Assembly: GCA_964614555.1 (NCBI GenBank)
Contig: CAZTPB010000002.1
Location: 1 to 33,975 of the forward strand
Reading direction: 5' to 3'
DNA: 33,975 bases
Source of the DNA: an uncultured Bacteroides sp.
GTDB taxonomy: Bacteria; Bacteroidota; Bacteroidia; Bacteroidales; Bacteroidaceae
This document shows positions 1-9,239 of this stretch, piece by piece. The notes under the pieces were generated by a model. That model made no database searches. It was not told where the DNA came from and saw only the letters and a list, made by a program, of their open reading frames with translations. The translations under genes and the position numbers were made by a program. Every line of letters begins with the position of its first letter. The stretch's first letter is position 1.

Positions 1-779
1 GCTGCCTTTTCCTCTACGGGCTTTTCTACACCGGCCAGTTCGGGGTCGATCATGATGCGGCCGCAATATTCGCACACGATGATTTTCTTGCGCATACGGA
101 TGTCGAGTTGGCGCTGAGGCGGAATCTTGTTGAAGCAGCCGCCACAAGCATCGCGCTGTACATAGACGATACCGAGGCCGTTGCGAGAGTTCTTGCGGAT
201 GCGCTTGAAAGCCATCAGCAGGCGAGGCTCAATGGTGACTTCCAACGACTTGGCTTTCTCTCTGAGTTTTTCTTCTTCTTGCTTGGTTTCGGATACGATT
301 TCTTCCAGTTCGGCTTTTTTCAGCTCCAGATCCTTTTCGCGTTCTTCAAGTTGTTGCTCACTTCGTGCACACTCTTCGTCCTTGTTCTTTTCAGCATTGG
401 TATATTCGCGGATACGCTTTTCGCAGAGTTCGATTTCCAAAGTCTGGAATTCTATTTCCTTGCTCAGCATATCATATTCGCGGTTGTTGCGCACATTGTC
501 TTGTTGCTCCTTGTATCTGGCCACAGAACTTTTTGCAGCTTCGATTTCATTTCTTTTGGTAGCAATGGCCTGGCGCAATTCTGCCATTTCTTTTTGTATT
601 TTTTCTATGCGGGTGTGCAGGCCTGTCACTTCATCTTCCAGATCTTGGACTTCTAGAGGGAGTTCGCCACGCAGGGTCTTGATTCTGTCTATTTCAGATA
701 CGGTGGTCTGTAACTGGTAGAGTGCCTTTAATTTTTGCTCTACGCTCAAGTCAGTAGGGTCTTTCTTTTCTTTAGCCAT
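1..779 (-). CDS. C4-type zinc-ribbon / coiled-coil protein (DUF164/CT398-like), 3' end truncated by window edge
   Basis: Absent from the ORF track because no stop lies inside the window. Manual translation from ATG at 779 gives MAKEKKDPTDLSVEQKLKALYQLQ..., a long charged coiled-coil, then ...DACGGCFNKIPPQRQLDIRMRKKIIVCEYCGRIMID (two CxxC pairs). Starts 6 bp downstream of the Nif3 gene, a common pairing. Confidence 0.9.
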   Translation of the reverse strand, partial: MAKEKKDPTDLSVEQKLKALYQLQTTVSEIDRIKTLRGELPLEVQDLEDEVTGLHTRIEKIQKEMAELRQAIATKRNEIEAAKSSVARYKEQQDNVRNNREYDMLSKEIEFQTLEIELCEKRIREYTNAEKNKDEECARSEQQLEEREKDLELKKAELEEIVSETKQEEEKLREKAKSLEVTIEPRLLMAFKRIRKNSRNGLGIVYVQRDACGGCFNKIPPQRQLDIRMRKKIIVCEYCGRIMIDPELAGVEKPVEEKA

Positions 780-785
780 AATTCT

Positions 786-1880
786 TTAAAGATAATTTAT
801 CGGATTTGTGCACACGCTTGTCTGTTTTACAGGCAGTTCGGGGCATATTTCCTTTATGATTGATTGAAATATTTCTGTTGTGAATTGTTCGCTTTCGTAG
901 TGTCCGATTTCCACCATCAGCAGATCGTTCTCGTGTCCGAAATAGTCGTGATACTTGATTTCTCCTGTCAGGAAGGCGTCGGCTCCCTGACTGATGGCTT
1001 GTGGCAACAGGAATGCACCTCCTCCTCCACACAGGGCGATGGTCCGGATGGTCTTTTGGGTGTAGTTGTTGTATTTTACGCAACCAGTCCGGAAAGTTTC
1101 CTTCACCTTTTGCAGGAAGTCGTTGGTTTCCATTGCTTCGGGCAGTCTGCCGATGATTCCTGCTCCGGCTTGCTTCCATTGGTTCTTCAAGGGGAAGAGG
1201 TCGTAGGCCGGTTCTTCATAGGGGTGTGCTTCCAACAGGGCACGTAGAACTTTTCCTTTGAGGTGGGCGGGGAGAACCGTTTCGATGCGTACCTCGATTT
1301 CTCGGTGCAATTCTCCGATGTTTCCGCAGAATGGATTGCTCCCCTCGCCTGCCCTGAATGTGCCTTCGCCCATCAGGTTGTAGCTGCACGAATCGTAGTC
1401 GCCGATACATCCGCATCCGGCATCAAACAAGGCCTGCCGCACTTTGTCGGCTTGTGTCGTGGGTACAAAGGTCACCAGTTTCAGCAGGCTTTCTTCCTTA
1501 GGTGCAAGGATATGCAGATCTGTCAACTCCAGTTTTTCGGCGATCTTGTAGTTCACTCCGCCTATAGCATTGTCCATGTTGGTGTGGTGTGAGCAGATGG
1601 TGATGCCGTGTTGGATGGCTTTCAACACACATCGCTCTACATAGTTTCTTCCGGTGATGGCTTTCAACCCGCTGAAGATGAGCGGATGGTGCGACACGAT
1701 GAGGTTGTATCCCGACGTTATCGCTTCATCTACTACGGCCTCAGTCACGTCCAGACACAACAATGCCCCTGTAACTTCCGCCTCTGTCAGTCCTACTTGC
1801 AGGCCGGCATTGTCCCATCCGTCTTGCAAAGGCAGTGGCGCGAATCGTTCAAGGGCACACACTATTTCCTTAATCTTCAT
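786..1880 (-). CDS. Nif3-like dinuclear metal centre protein (YbgI/YqfO family, with PII-like insert)
   Basis: Motifs WDNAGLQVG, SHHPLIF, HTNMD, HPYEEPAYD, GHYESE. Start set at ATG 1880 (MKIKEIV), downstream of the TAnnTTTG box at 1908-1915. Confidence 0.92.
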   Translation of the reverse strand: MKIKEIVCALERFAPLPLQDGWDNAGLQVGLTEAEVTGALLCLDVTEAVVDEAITSGYNLIVSHHPLIFSGLKAITGRNYVERCVLKAIQHGITICSHHTNMDNAIGGVNYKIAEKLELTDLHILAPKEESLLKLVTFVPTTQADKVRQALFDAGCGCIGDYDSCSYNLMGEGTFRAGEGSNPFCGNIGELHREIEVRIETVLPAHLKGKVLRALLEAHPYEEPAYDLFPLKNQWKQAGAGIIGRLPEAMETNDFLQKVKETFRTGCVKYNNYTQKTIRTIALCGGGGAFLLPQAISQGADAFLTGEIKYHDYFGHENDLLMVEIGHYESEQFTTEIFQSIIKEICPELPVKQTSVCTNPINYL

Positions 1881-1907
1881 TGTTGTAAACACATGAGAAT
1901 TCAGGTG

Positions 1908-1915
1908 CAAAGATA
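1908..1915 (-). promoter_or_regulatory. Bacteroidetes -7 promoter box (TATCTTTG) for the Nif3/zinc-ribbon operon
   Basis: Plus strand caaagata reads TATCTTTG on minus, 27 bp upstream of the ATG. Confidence 0.65.
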
Positions 1916-1989
1916 CTCATTTTTCTTTGTATTACGCTTTTTTATGCATAAAAATGATGTGTGTGGCTTTGAATTTTCAGTATTTGGGG

Positions 1990-2778
1990 CTATTCTTTGA
2001 ACACTTTTTGGATGCATCCGTAGGCGTCGAAGGTCTTGCGGAAGGATAGCCGTAGGGTAATCATCAGCGAAAGGATAGATGCCGTGACGGTGATGACGAT
2101 AATCATCATCTGGTATTTGATGGCTACGTTTGGCGACGAGCCTCCCAGTATCTGTCCTATCATGGTGCCCGGTAGCGCCACGAGCCCCATCACGGCCATA
2201 TTGGCTATGGCTGGGCTGAATGCTTTGATGATGGCTTCGCGTACGAAGGGGGCGGTGGCTTCGTGCCGGGTGGCCCCGTTGCCCAACAGGTAATAGTAGA
2301 GTTGTTGTTCGCGCATCAGGTTGGTGTAGAACGTGTTCAGGGCTATGACGTTGCTCGACAGCATATTGCCCATCAGGATGCCGAAGATAGGAATCATGTA
2401 TTGTGTCCCGAAGATGTTGTCGGCTTGGAGCACCACTCCCAAGAAATACAGTCCTACCAGTATGGCAGAAGCAAGGAAACCGATGGCAATGGGAATCATC
2501 AGTATGTTGCGTTTCAATTGTGTACGGGCCAAAGCTGTTTCAGAGGCTACGCACACCATGATGAATACCCATAGGAAATTCACCCAGGGATTGTCCCATA
2601 GAAAAAGGTATTTCAGGTACATGCCGATGAGAAACAGCTGCACCACCATGCGTAAGGCCCCCGTCAGTGTAGCCTTCACCAACCCGGTCTTGAAGCGGTA
2701 GAAGAAGTAGATGGGCACGAGCAGCAGCAGTATGCCGATGACCAATCCCCAATAGCTGATGTCGATGGTGGTTTCCAT
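1990..2778 (-). CDS. fetB: ABC transporter permease, UPF0014/YbbM (FetB-like, putative iron export)
   Basis: Hydrophobic multi-TM protein with RMVVQLFLIG, IPIFGILMGN, GLVALPGTMIGQILGG and AIKYQ motifs typical of UPF0014. Follows the ABC ATPase gene. Confidence 0.8.
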   Translation of the reverse strand: METTIDISYWGLVIGILLLLVPIYFFYRFKTGLVKATLTGALRMVVQLFLIGMYLKYLFLWDNPWVNFLWVFIMVCVASETALARTQLKRNILMIPIAIGFLASAILVGLYFLGVVLQADNIFGTQYMIPIFGILMGNMLSSNVIALNTFYTNLMREQQLYYYLLGNGATRHEATAPFVREAIIKAFSPAIANMAVMGLVALPGTMIGQILGGSSPNVAIKYQMMIIVITVTASILSLMITLRLSFRKTFDAYGCIQKVFKE

Positions 2779-2821
2779 AGTTGTTGCTTTTAAATTGGAA
2801 TATGCAGATATACCTTGAATA

Positions 2822-3457
2822 TCATTGGAACGTGTCTTCCAGTGTGACTACCCTTCTGCATCCATCCATGAATGCAGTGTCGTGTGACACGGCCACTACC
2901 GTTTTACCTTCGCTTGTCAAGCGTTGTACGAATTGCAGCACCCTTCTGCTCGACCTTTGGTCGAGTGCCGATGTCGGCTCATCGATGATGGTTAGCGGCC
3001 TCTCTTGCATGGCCGTGATGGCCAGTAGGATCCGTTGCCGTTGGCCGCCTGATATTTCGTGCATACGTTTGTCCAGTATTCCCTTTTCGAGACCCAGTTC
3101 ATCGAAGTGGGCGAGCAGCTTTTCTTCAGAAAAACCTGCATCCCTATTGGCTTTCAGGTCGAAGGGCAGGCGCACCATTTCGGTCACCCGCTCTGTGGGG
3201 AGCGAGAGTCCTTGTGGCATCCATGCGGTCTTTTGTCGGATGAGGGGGGCTGATTGCGGTGTCAGTATGATGTTGTCCACAGCAATGGTTCCTTTGGAGG
3301 GAGCCACCAATCCCATCACGGCCTTCAGCAATGTGGTTTTCCCGCATCCCGAGCGGCCGGTGAGGCAAATCAGTTCTCCGCGTTTTGCATGGAGATTCAG
3401 ATTGCTGAAAAGTGTCGTCTGTCCAAAGCGCACCTCCAAACCTTCAATCTGTAGCAT
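2822..3457 (-). CDS. fetA: ABC transporter ATP-binding protein (FetA/YbbL-like)
   Basis: Walker A GRSGCGKT, signature ISGGQ, Walker B IIDEPT, H-loop SHD. Short (211 aa) and directly upstream of a UPF0014 permease. Symbol assigned from context. Confidence 0.75.
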   Translation of the reverse strand: MLQIEGLEVRFGQTTLFSNLNLHAKRGELICLTGRSGCGKTTLLKAVMGLVAPSKGTIAVDNIILTPQSAPLIRQKTAWMPQGLSLPTERVTEMVRLPFDLKANRDAGFSEEKLLAHFDELGLEKGILDKRMHEISGGQRQRILLAITAMQERPLTIIDEPTSALDQRSSRRVLQFVQRLTSEGKTVVAVSHDTAFMDGCRRVVTLEDTFQ

Positions 3458-3488
3458 TCGTATTCTTTTTCACTGATAAAAAGTTTTG

Positions 3489-3550
3489 CGAAGGTACAGC
3501 TTTTTGTCTGCTCCACCAAGTTTTCTTAGCGTGCATTAACTCGCATTAAC
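3489..3550 (-). promoter_or_regulatory. Putative fetAB promoter with upstream direct repeats
   Basis: Minus strand: variant -7 box TACCTTCG (3489-3496), CTTG -33-like box (3517-3520, 20-nt spacer), and GTTAATGC direct repeats at 3533-3540 and 3543-3550. Confidence 0.45.
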
Positions 3551-3626
3551 GTTCAGGATGTCTGTCACCCCTATTCTGCGAATCTTTTTTTGTATGGGGC
3601 GGATGTACGCAGGGATGAAGTCGCGT

Positions 3627-3845
3627 CTATCCTATATAGAGGTTCATTCCCAAAGATACGTTGCTTTCTCCGCAATGGCTTCCGAAGCAGATGCTTCCCT
3701 CGTGGGCGAGCCATCCGATGGCGGCATTGAGGTCATGGTCAGGCAGGTGTGTGGCGGCTTTCAGTTCGGAGTATGTCCATTCGCGGTTGTATCCCATGAT
3801 GCTGCGCAAGAGCTGTGCGTTACGGTTGATGCTTGTTCTGTCCAT
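3627..3845 (-). CDS. Small winged helix-turn-helix protein (DUF2582-like), 72 aa
   Basis: MDRTSINRNAQLLRSIM...WTYSELKAATHLPDHDLNAAIGWLAHEGSI matches the Bacteroidetes DUF2582 pattern (AIGWLAxExKI). ATG at 3845. Confidence 0.8.
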   Translation of the reverse strand: MDRTSINRNAQLLRSIMGYNREWTYSELKAATHLPDHDLNAAIGWLAHEGSICFGSHCGESNVSLGMNLYIG

Positions 3846-3912
3846 ATTGTTTGTTGCTAATGAAGTTTGTTCATTGAAATGTCGGCGATATAACAAGTGG
3901 AGAGAGAAAATG

Positions 3913-3943
3913 TTTGCCAGAAGGAATATTTTGGCTATATTTG
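3913..3943 (+). promoter_or_regulatory. Consensus Bacteroidetes promoter for the glycoside hydrolase gene
   Basis: TTTG (3913-3916), 19 nt, then TATATTTG (3936-3943), 29 bp before ATG 3973. Confidence 0.75.
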
Positions 3944-3972
3944 CCGCAAGAAATACCATTCAGAAAAGGAAC

Positions 3973-6885
3973 ATGAAAAAGGAAATAATTTGTTGTATGT
4001 TATGTGCGGGCATCGGGCTTTCGTTTGTATTGGAAGTTGCCGCACAGGAAAGAATCATCGTAAAGACGGAGCCGGTAGAGGTCAAGTCGCCCGTCGGTAC
4101 GGTTCCTCGTTTGCCCCATCGCATATGGGTGACTTATAGTGATGGTGCCGGTGAATGGAGGCAAGTACGTTGGACTAACAGCGCATTGGCTATAGAACAG
4201 GAGATGGCCAATGACAGCCTTTATCCCGTAGGGAAGCGGTATGGCATCGGCGGGTTTGTCGTTGGGGATGGAGCATCTCCTGAAGGCTATCCGGTAGAGG
4301 CAGACGTCGTCGTCGTGAAAGAGGCGTATGATGTGCCTGCCCCTCGTCCGGTGGCTGAGCCTCTCCCACTGGACAAGGTGGCAGTGGAGGGAGACAACCG
4401 CCTGACAAGCAACCGCAACCTGGCCATACGCACCATTCTCAGTTGGGACGTGAGCCAGCAACTCTACAACTACCGCGACACATACGGCCTGCCCACAGAA
4501 GGATACACCCCTTCTGACGGATGGGACTCACCCACCACCAAGTTGAAGGGACACGGCTCGGGACACTATATGTCTGCATTGGCTTTTGCCTTTGCCAGTT
4601 CGGCAGATACCACTTTGAAGGACTCTTTGCGTAGCCGCATCGCCCGCATGGTGAACGAACTGCGCATGTGTCAGGAGCGCACGTTCGTATGGAATGATTC
4701 GCTTGGCCGATACTGGGAGGCACGCGACTTTGCCCCCGAGGAGGAGCTGCGCACGATGAAGGGCACGTGGGAGGCTTTTGACCAACACAAAAAAGAATAT
4801 GCGGAATACGGCTACGGCTACCTGAACGCCATCCCTGCCCACCACGCGGCACTCATCGAAATGTACCGCCCCTACAACAACAGCGACTGGGTGTGGGCGC
4901 CTTACTACTCCATCCACAAACAGCTGGCGGGACTTATCGACATTGCCACCTACGTGGATGACAAGGAGATTGCCGACAAGGCCCTGCTCATTGCCAAGGA
5001 CATGGGCTTGTGGATATGGAACCGCCTGCACCATCGCACGCACATAAATATAGAAGGTACGCGCGAGGAGCGGAGAGCCAGGCCCGGCAACCGCTATGAG
5101 ATGTGGAACATGTACATTGCCGGTGAAGATGGTGGCACGGGCGAATCGCTCTCGCGCCTCTCGGAGATGGTGAAGGACAAGGCAGAGAGGAAGAAACTGC
5201 TGGAGGCCGCCTCGTTTTTCGACAGCCCGGCTTTCTTTGACCCTCTGTCAAAGAACATCGACGACATCCGCACACGCCACGCCAACCAGCACATCCCCAA
5301 GATAACGAGTGCCCTACGGAGCTATCGGGGAAACGGGAACCCCTACTACTACAATCTGGCATTGAACTTCTGGCAGATGATTCAAGGCCGTTATGCCTAC
5401 TCCACCGGTGGCGTGGGCAATGGGGAGATGTTCCGCCAGCCTTACACACAGGTATTGAGCATGAACACCAATGTGACGGCCGACCACAATGGCACGCTTT
5501 GCCCTAATCCTACCTTAAATGAAACCTGCTGTGCCTACAACTTGGCCAAACTGACCAAGGACCTGAACTGCTTCGAACCCGACAATGCTGCCTATATGGA
5601 CTATTACGAGCGGGTGCTCTACAATCAGATTGTGGGTTCGCTACACCCTACGCACTACCTGACCACCTACCACTATGCCGTGGGCCTCAATGCCTCCAAA
5701 CCGTGGGGAAACCGCACTCCGCAAGAGTCGTGTTGCGGAGGCACGGGGTCGGAGAGTCATGTGAAATATCAGGAAGCGGCCTATTTCATTTCGAAGCAGA
5801 CCCTGTGGGTGGCTCTCTATCTGCCCACCACTGCCACGTGGGAGGAGAAGGGGATAAGAATTCAGCAAGAGTGCCGTTGGCCGGCCGAACGCTCAACCAT
5901 CCGCATCACCGAAGGGAAAGCCCGCTTTGCCATGAAATTGCGCGTGCCCTACTGGGCAGTCGGAGGGTTTGACGTGAAACTGAACGGAGAATCCATCGCT
6001 GCGCATTACCGCCCGTCGAGCTACGTGGAGATTCCCTCGCGCAAATGGAAGAAGGGCGATGTGGTGGAGGTGACTATGCCTTTCACCAAGCATATTTACT
6101 ATGGCCCCGACAAGATGGAGACGGCCGCCACGGCTCCCGGAGAGACCGCCACGGCTTTTCCTCCGGCATGGACAGGCACCCTGATGTATGGCCCGCTGGC
6201 CATGGCTGCCACAGGGATAGAGCACTGGAAGGATGGAGACATCTGCATCGATTCACAACTGAAAGCCGTCAAAGCCAATGCCCCGACACAGGAGGAGGGC
6301 ACACACGGCAACCTCTATACGCTCACTTTGGGCGACCGCACTTTTGTGCCCGACTACTATGCCGACCGCAACTCCACACACTATTTGCGCATCCGTCTGA
6401 CAGACGATGTGCATGAGTCTGAATCGTTGCAGCAGGCCGACAAACAGGCTTTGGGCGAACTTATCCGAGTGGCCGAAGAGCGCCGGCAGGCACAAGAGGC
6501 TTGGCTGGCATTGGAAGTGAAGGTGCCTGAATATGCTCCATGGGCTCCACGCGGGTATGAGAATCTGATGACAGTACTGGTTCAGGCAAAAGTACTCAGT
6601 GCCGATGAGTCGGCTACGGCAGACGAAATAAATGCCATTACCGCCTCGCTCAATGCGGCTGTCAACACCATGCGTCCGGGCAATCTGGCCGAGCTTGGCG
6701 AGCTTGAACCTCTGCTTGCCCTTTTGAAAAAGGCACGTCGGTCGGCCGCCACTTATCCCACTCCTGCACTGACGGAAGCCATCGACTATGCCGATATGGT
6801 GGTGAGGTATGTGTCTGACGGGAGCGGCACACCGGACATGATCAGGCATGCCGGAGAACGGCTGGAGAAAGTCTTGGAAGAATAA
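3973..6885 (+). CDS. Secreted beta-L-arabinofuranosidase-like glycoside hydrolase (GH127/GH146) with N-terminal Ig-like and C-terminal FIVAR-like helical region
   Basis: Signal peptide MKKEIICCMLCAGIGLSFVLEVAA|Q. Motifs GHYMSA, WAPYYSIHK, HANQHIP, GGVGNGE, ETCCAYNLAKL, YYERVLYN, SCCGGTG (Cys/Zn catalytic centre), LRVPYW and YGPL. Start moved from 3661 to 3973 on promoter and signal-peptide evidence. Confidence 0.85.
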   Translation: MKKEIICCMLCAGIGLSFVLEVAAQERIIVKTEPVEVKSPVGTVPRLPHRIWVTYSDGAGEWRQVRWTNSALAIEQEMANDSLYPVGKRYGIGGFVVGDGASPEGYPVEADVVVVKEAYDVPAPRPVAEPLPLDKVAVEGDNRLTSNRNLAIRTILSWDVSQQLYNYRDTYGLPTEGYTPSDGWDSPTTKLKGHGSGHYMSALAFAFASSADTTLKDSLRSRIARMVNELRMCQERTFVWNDSLGRYWEARDFAPEEELRTMKGTWEAFDQHKKEYAEYGYGYLNAIPAHHAALIEMYRPYNNSDWVWAPYYSIHKQLAGLIDIATYVDDKEIADKALLIAKDMGLWIWNRLHHRTHINIEGTREERRARPGNRYEMWNMYIAGEDGGTGESLSRLSEMVKDKAERKKLLEAASFFDSPAFFDPLSKNIDDIRTRHANQHIPKITSALRSYRGNGNPYYYNLALNFWQMIQGRYAYSTGGVGNGEMFRQPYTQVLSMNTNVTADHNGTLCPNPTLNETCCAYNLAKLTKDLNCFEPDNAAYMDYYERVLYNQIVGSLHPTHYLTTYHYAVGLNASKPWGNRTPQESCCGGTGSESHVKYQEAAYFISKQTLWVALYLPTTATWEEKGIRIQQECRWPAERSTIRITEGKARFAMKLRVPYWAVGGFDVKLNGESIAAHYRPSSYVEIPSRKWKKGDVVEVTMPFTKHIYYGPDKMETAATAPGETATAFPPAWTGTLMYGPLAMAATGIEHWKDGDICIDSQLKAVKANAPTQEEGTHGNLYTLTLGDRTFVPDYYADRNSTHYLRIRLTDDVHESESLQQADKQALGELIRVAEERRQAQEAWLALEVKVPEYAPWAPRGYENLMTVLVQAKVLSADESATADEINAITASLNAAVNTMRPGNLAELGELEPLLALLKKARRSAATYPTPALTEAIDYADMVVRYVSDGSGTPDMIRHAGERLEKVLEE

Positions 6886-6892
6886 GATACGT

Positions 6893-7696
6893 TTACCTCG
6901 CTCTAAGCTCCCAAAAGGCCACGGAGGCAGCAGCGGCCACATTGAGCGAATCCACCTGATGCGCCATGGGGATGCGCACCACATAGTCGGCCTCGGCTAT
7001 CACCTGTGGAGCCAGTCCGTCGCCTTCTGTGCCCATGATGATGGCCAGCCGTGGTTCTTCGCGCAAAGCCGGATGGTCGATGGACACCGAGTTGTCCGTC
7101 AGGGCCATGGCGGCAGTGCGGAAACCCAACGTGTGCAGTTCGCAGACAGGCTTCTCTATCCATGTCCAAGGCACCAGGAAGACACTGCCCATAGACACCC
7201 GTACGGCACGCCGGTTCAGTGGGTCGCATGATGTGGGAGTCAGCAGCACGGCGTCCACTCCGAGGGCTGCAGCCGAGCGGAAGATGGCTCCGATATTGGT
7301 CGTATCTACCACCCCGTCTATCACCACGATGCGTCGTGCACGGGTACACACCTCCTCCACCCTTCGGGGAGTTGGCCGGCGCATGGCACAAAGCACTCCG
7401 CGCGTCAGGGTGTAGCCGGTGAGTGAAGCGAGCACTTCGCGCTCGCCCGTATAGACGGGGATGTCTCCACACCGGCTGATGATGGATGCTGCATCTCCAC
7501 TGATGTGTTTCCGTTCGCACAAGAGAGCTACCGGTGTGTAGCCGGCATTCAGTGCCACATGAATCACTTTGGGGCTTTCGGCGATGAAGATACCCTTATC
7601 CGGTTCTATCCGGTTGCGCAGCTGGGCTTCAGTCAGGGTGCCGAACACTTCTACACCCGGGTGTGCGAGTGATGAGATTTCGATGATTTCAGCCAT
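6893..7696 (-). CDS. TrmH/SpoU family RNA 2'-O-methyltransferase
   Basis: SPOUT motifs NIGAIFRSAAALG, RVSMG, MGTEGDGL, IPM, DSLNVAAA. Confidence 0.92.
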   Translation of the reverse strand: MAEIIEISSLAHPGVEVFGTLTEAQLRNRIEPDKGIFIAESPKVIHVALNAGYTPVALLCERKHISGDAASIISRCGDIPVYTGEREVLASLTGYTLTRGVLCAMRRPTPRRVEEVCTRARRIVVIDGVVDTTNIGAIFRSAAALGVDAVLLTPTSCDPLNRRAVRVSMGSVFLVPWTWIEKPVCELHTLGFRTAAMALTDNSVSIDHPALREEPRLAIIMGTEGDGLAPQVIAEADYVVRIPMAHQVDSLNVAAAASVAFWELRAR

Positions 7697-7733
7697 AGAT
7701 GGGTATGAAGTTTTTTAGAGGGATGTTTTTTTG

Positions 7734-7770
7734 AAAAAAAGGGCGACGACCCTTCACAGGCTGTCACCCT
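7734..7770 (-). terminator. Intrinsic terminator of spt
   Basis: Minus strand AGGGTGACAGCCT-GTGA-AGGGTCGTCGCCC followed by T7, about 30 bp after the spt stop. Confidence 0.75.
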
Positions 7771-7799
7771 CTTTGCATAAAAGCATTTAAGACATTTTT

Positions 7800-8987
7800 T
7801 TATTTCAATATTCCCAATTGCTTGAAGCATTTGGTCAGTTTTTCCACCGCATAGTCCACCTGCTCCTTGGTGTGGGTGGCCATGAGGGCTACACGCACCA
7901 GTGTGTCGTCGGGGGCACAAGCGGGCGGGATGACGGGGTTGATGAAGATGCCCTCGTCGAAAGCCAGCTTCGTGACGATGAACGTTTTTTCGGCATCGCG
8001 CACGTAGAGGGGGATGATGGGTGATTCCGTCTCGCCGATTTCAAACCCAGCTTCGCGGAAAGCCTTCAAGGCATAGTTGGTGATGTTCCATAAGGCTTCG
8101 ATGCGCTCCGGTTCGCTTTTCAGTATTTTCAGAGCCTCGATGGCTGATGCCGTAGCTGCCGGGGTGCTGCTTGCCTGAAAGATGTATGAGCGTGCGTTGT
8201 GGCGCAGCCAGTTGATTACTTCCTTGTCTCCGGCTACGAATCCGCCGATGCTGGCCAGCGACTTGCTGAACGTGCCCATGATGAGGTCAATGTCCTCGGT
8301 CACCCCGAAGTGGTCGCACACACCGCGTCCCTGACGTCCGAACACTCCCAGTCCGTGGGCTTCATCAACGTAGATGCTGGCGTTGTATTTCTTCTTCAGG
8401 CGGACAATCTCCGGCAGGTTGGCCAAGTCTCCCTCCATGGAGAACACACCGTCCACCACGATGAGCTTCACAGCGTCCGGCTCGCACTTTTGGAGTTTCT
8501 TTTCCAAGTCCTCCATGTCGTTGTGCTTATACTTCAACTGGGTGGCAGCCGACAGCCGACGTCCGTCCACGATAGAGGCATGGTCGCGGTCGTCGCAGAT
8601 GATGTAGTCGTTGCGCCCTACCAAGGCGGGGATGATGCCTTCGTTTACCGTGAAGCCGGTAGAGAAGCACAAGGATTCATCCTTGCCCACAAATTCGGCC
8701 AGATCCTTTTCCAACTGTACGTGTATGTCCAACGTTCCGTTGAGGAAACGCGAACCTGCACACCCCGTACCGTATTTCTCTGTGGCTGCGATGGCCGCAT
8801 CCATGATGCGTCTGTCATAGGTCAGCCCCAGATAAGCATTCGAACCGAACATCAGCACTCGTTTGCCGTCCATTTCCACCTCTGTGTCCTGATGGCTGTT
8901 GATTGTCCGGAAGTAAGGATATACACCTTGCGCCATATATTCTTGCGGCAGGGTGTATTTCGCCAATCTTTCTTTTAATATTCCCAT
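7800..8987 (-). CDS. spt: Serine palmitoyltransferase (PLP-dependent alpha-oxoamine synthase; first step of sphingolipid synthesis)
   Basis: MGILKERLAKY...GVYPYFR, MFGSNAYLGL, GTGCAGSRFLNGT, DHASIVDG, DEAH, GTFSKS (PLP lysine). Closely resembles Bacteroides SPT as I recall it. ATG at 8987. Confidence 0.88.
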   Translation of the reverse strand: MGILKERLAKYTLPQEYMAQGVYPYFRTINSHQDTEVEMDGKRVLMFGSNAYLGLTYDRRIMDAAIAATEKYGTGCAGSRFLNGTLDIHVQLEKDLAEFVGKDESLCFSTGFTVNEGIIPALVGRNDYIICDDRDHASIVDGRRLSAATQLKYKHNDMEDLEKKLQKCEPDAVKLIVVDGVFSMEGDLANLPEIVRLKKKYNASIYVDEAHGLGVFGRQGRGVCDHFGVTEDIDLIMGTFSKSLASIGGFVAGDKEVINWLRHNARSYIFQASSTPAATASAIEALKILKSEPERIEALWNITNYALKAFREAGFEIGETESPIIPLYVRDAEKTFIVTKLAFDEGIFINPVIPPACAPDDTLVRVALMATHTKEQVDYAVEKLTKCFKQLGILK

Positions 8988-9098
8988 ATTTCTGTTTTTT
9001 GCAGGCTCACACCTGCTCCATACACTTTTTATAATTTTTATGTTTCCCGACACCTTATTATATATATAAGGAATCAGCCAATACGTCAAAATAGGCTG

Positions 9099-9106
9099 CA
9101 AAGATA
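9099..9106 (-). promoter_or_regulatory. -7 box (TATCTTTG) for spt
   Basis: caaagata on plus strand, implying a leader of about 105 nt. No clear -33 box. Confidence 0.55.
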
Positions 9107-9201
9107 GTAATATTTATCCGAATAGCCTTTGTTTGCAAGAAAAAAATGAGAGTTATGGATAAAACATTTCCAAAGAGAGGGTGTTTTCTGAAAGAAATTC
9201 T

Positions 9202-9209
9202 TATCTTTG
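9202..9209 (+). promoter_or_regulatory. -7 box (TATCTTTG) for the lipid kinase gene
   Basis: Exact TAnnTTTG 30 bp before ATG 9240. Confidence 0.6.
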
Positions 9210-9239
9210 CTTCGGAAAAGAAAATTCTTGTAGTGTCGG

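Noticed and set aside
108..720. Plus-strand ORFs 108..656 and 181..720
   Set aside because: Antisense shadows of the real minus-strand zinc-ribbon gene (779 to the window edge).
3661..3972. 104-aa N-terminal extension of the glycoside hydrolase ORF
   Set aside because: It overlaps the antisense DUF2582-like gene. A consensus promoter at 3913-3943 and a signal peptide starting at 3973 define the true start.
7800..8987. Annotation as bioF or kbl
   Set aside because: Same PLP family, but the GVYPYFR, MFGSNxYLGL and GCAGSRFLNGT pattern plus the adjacent lipid kinase fit Bacteroidales SPT better, and no biotin genes are nearby.
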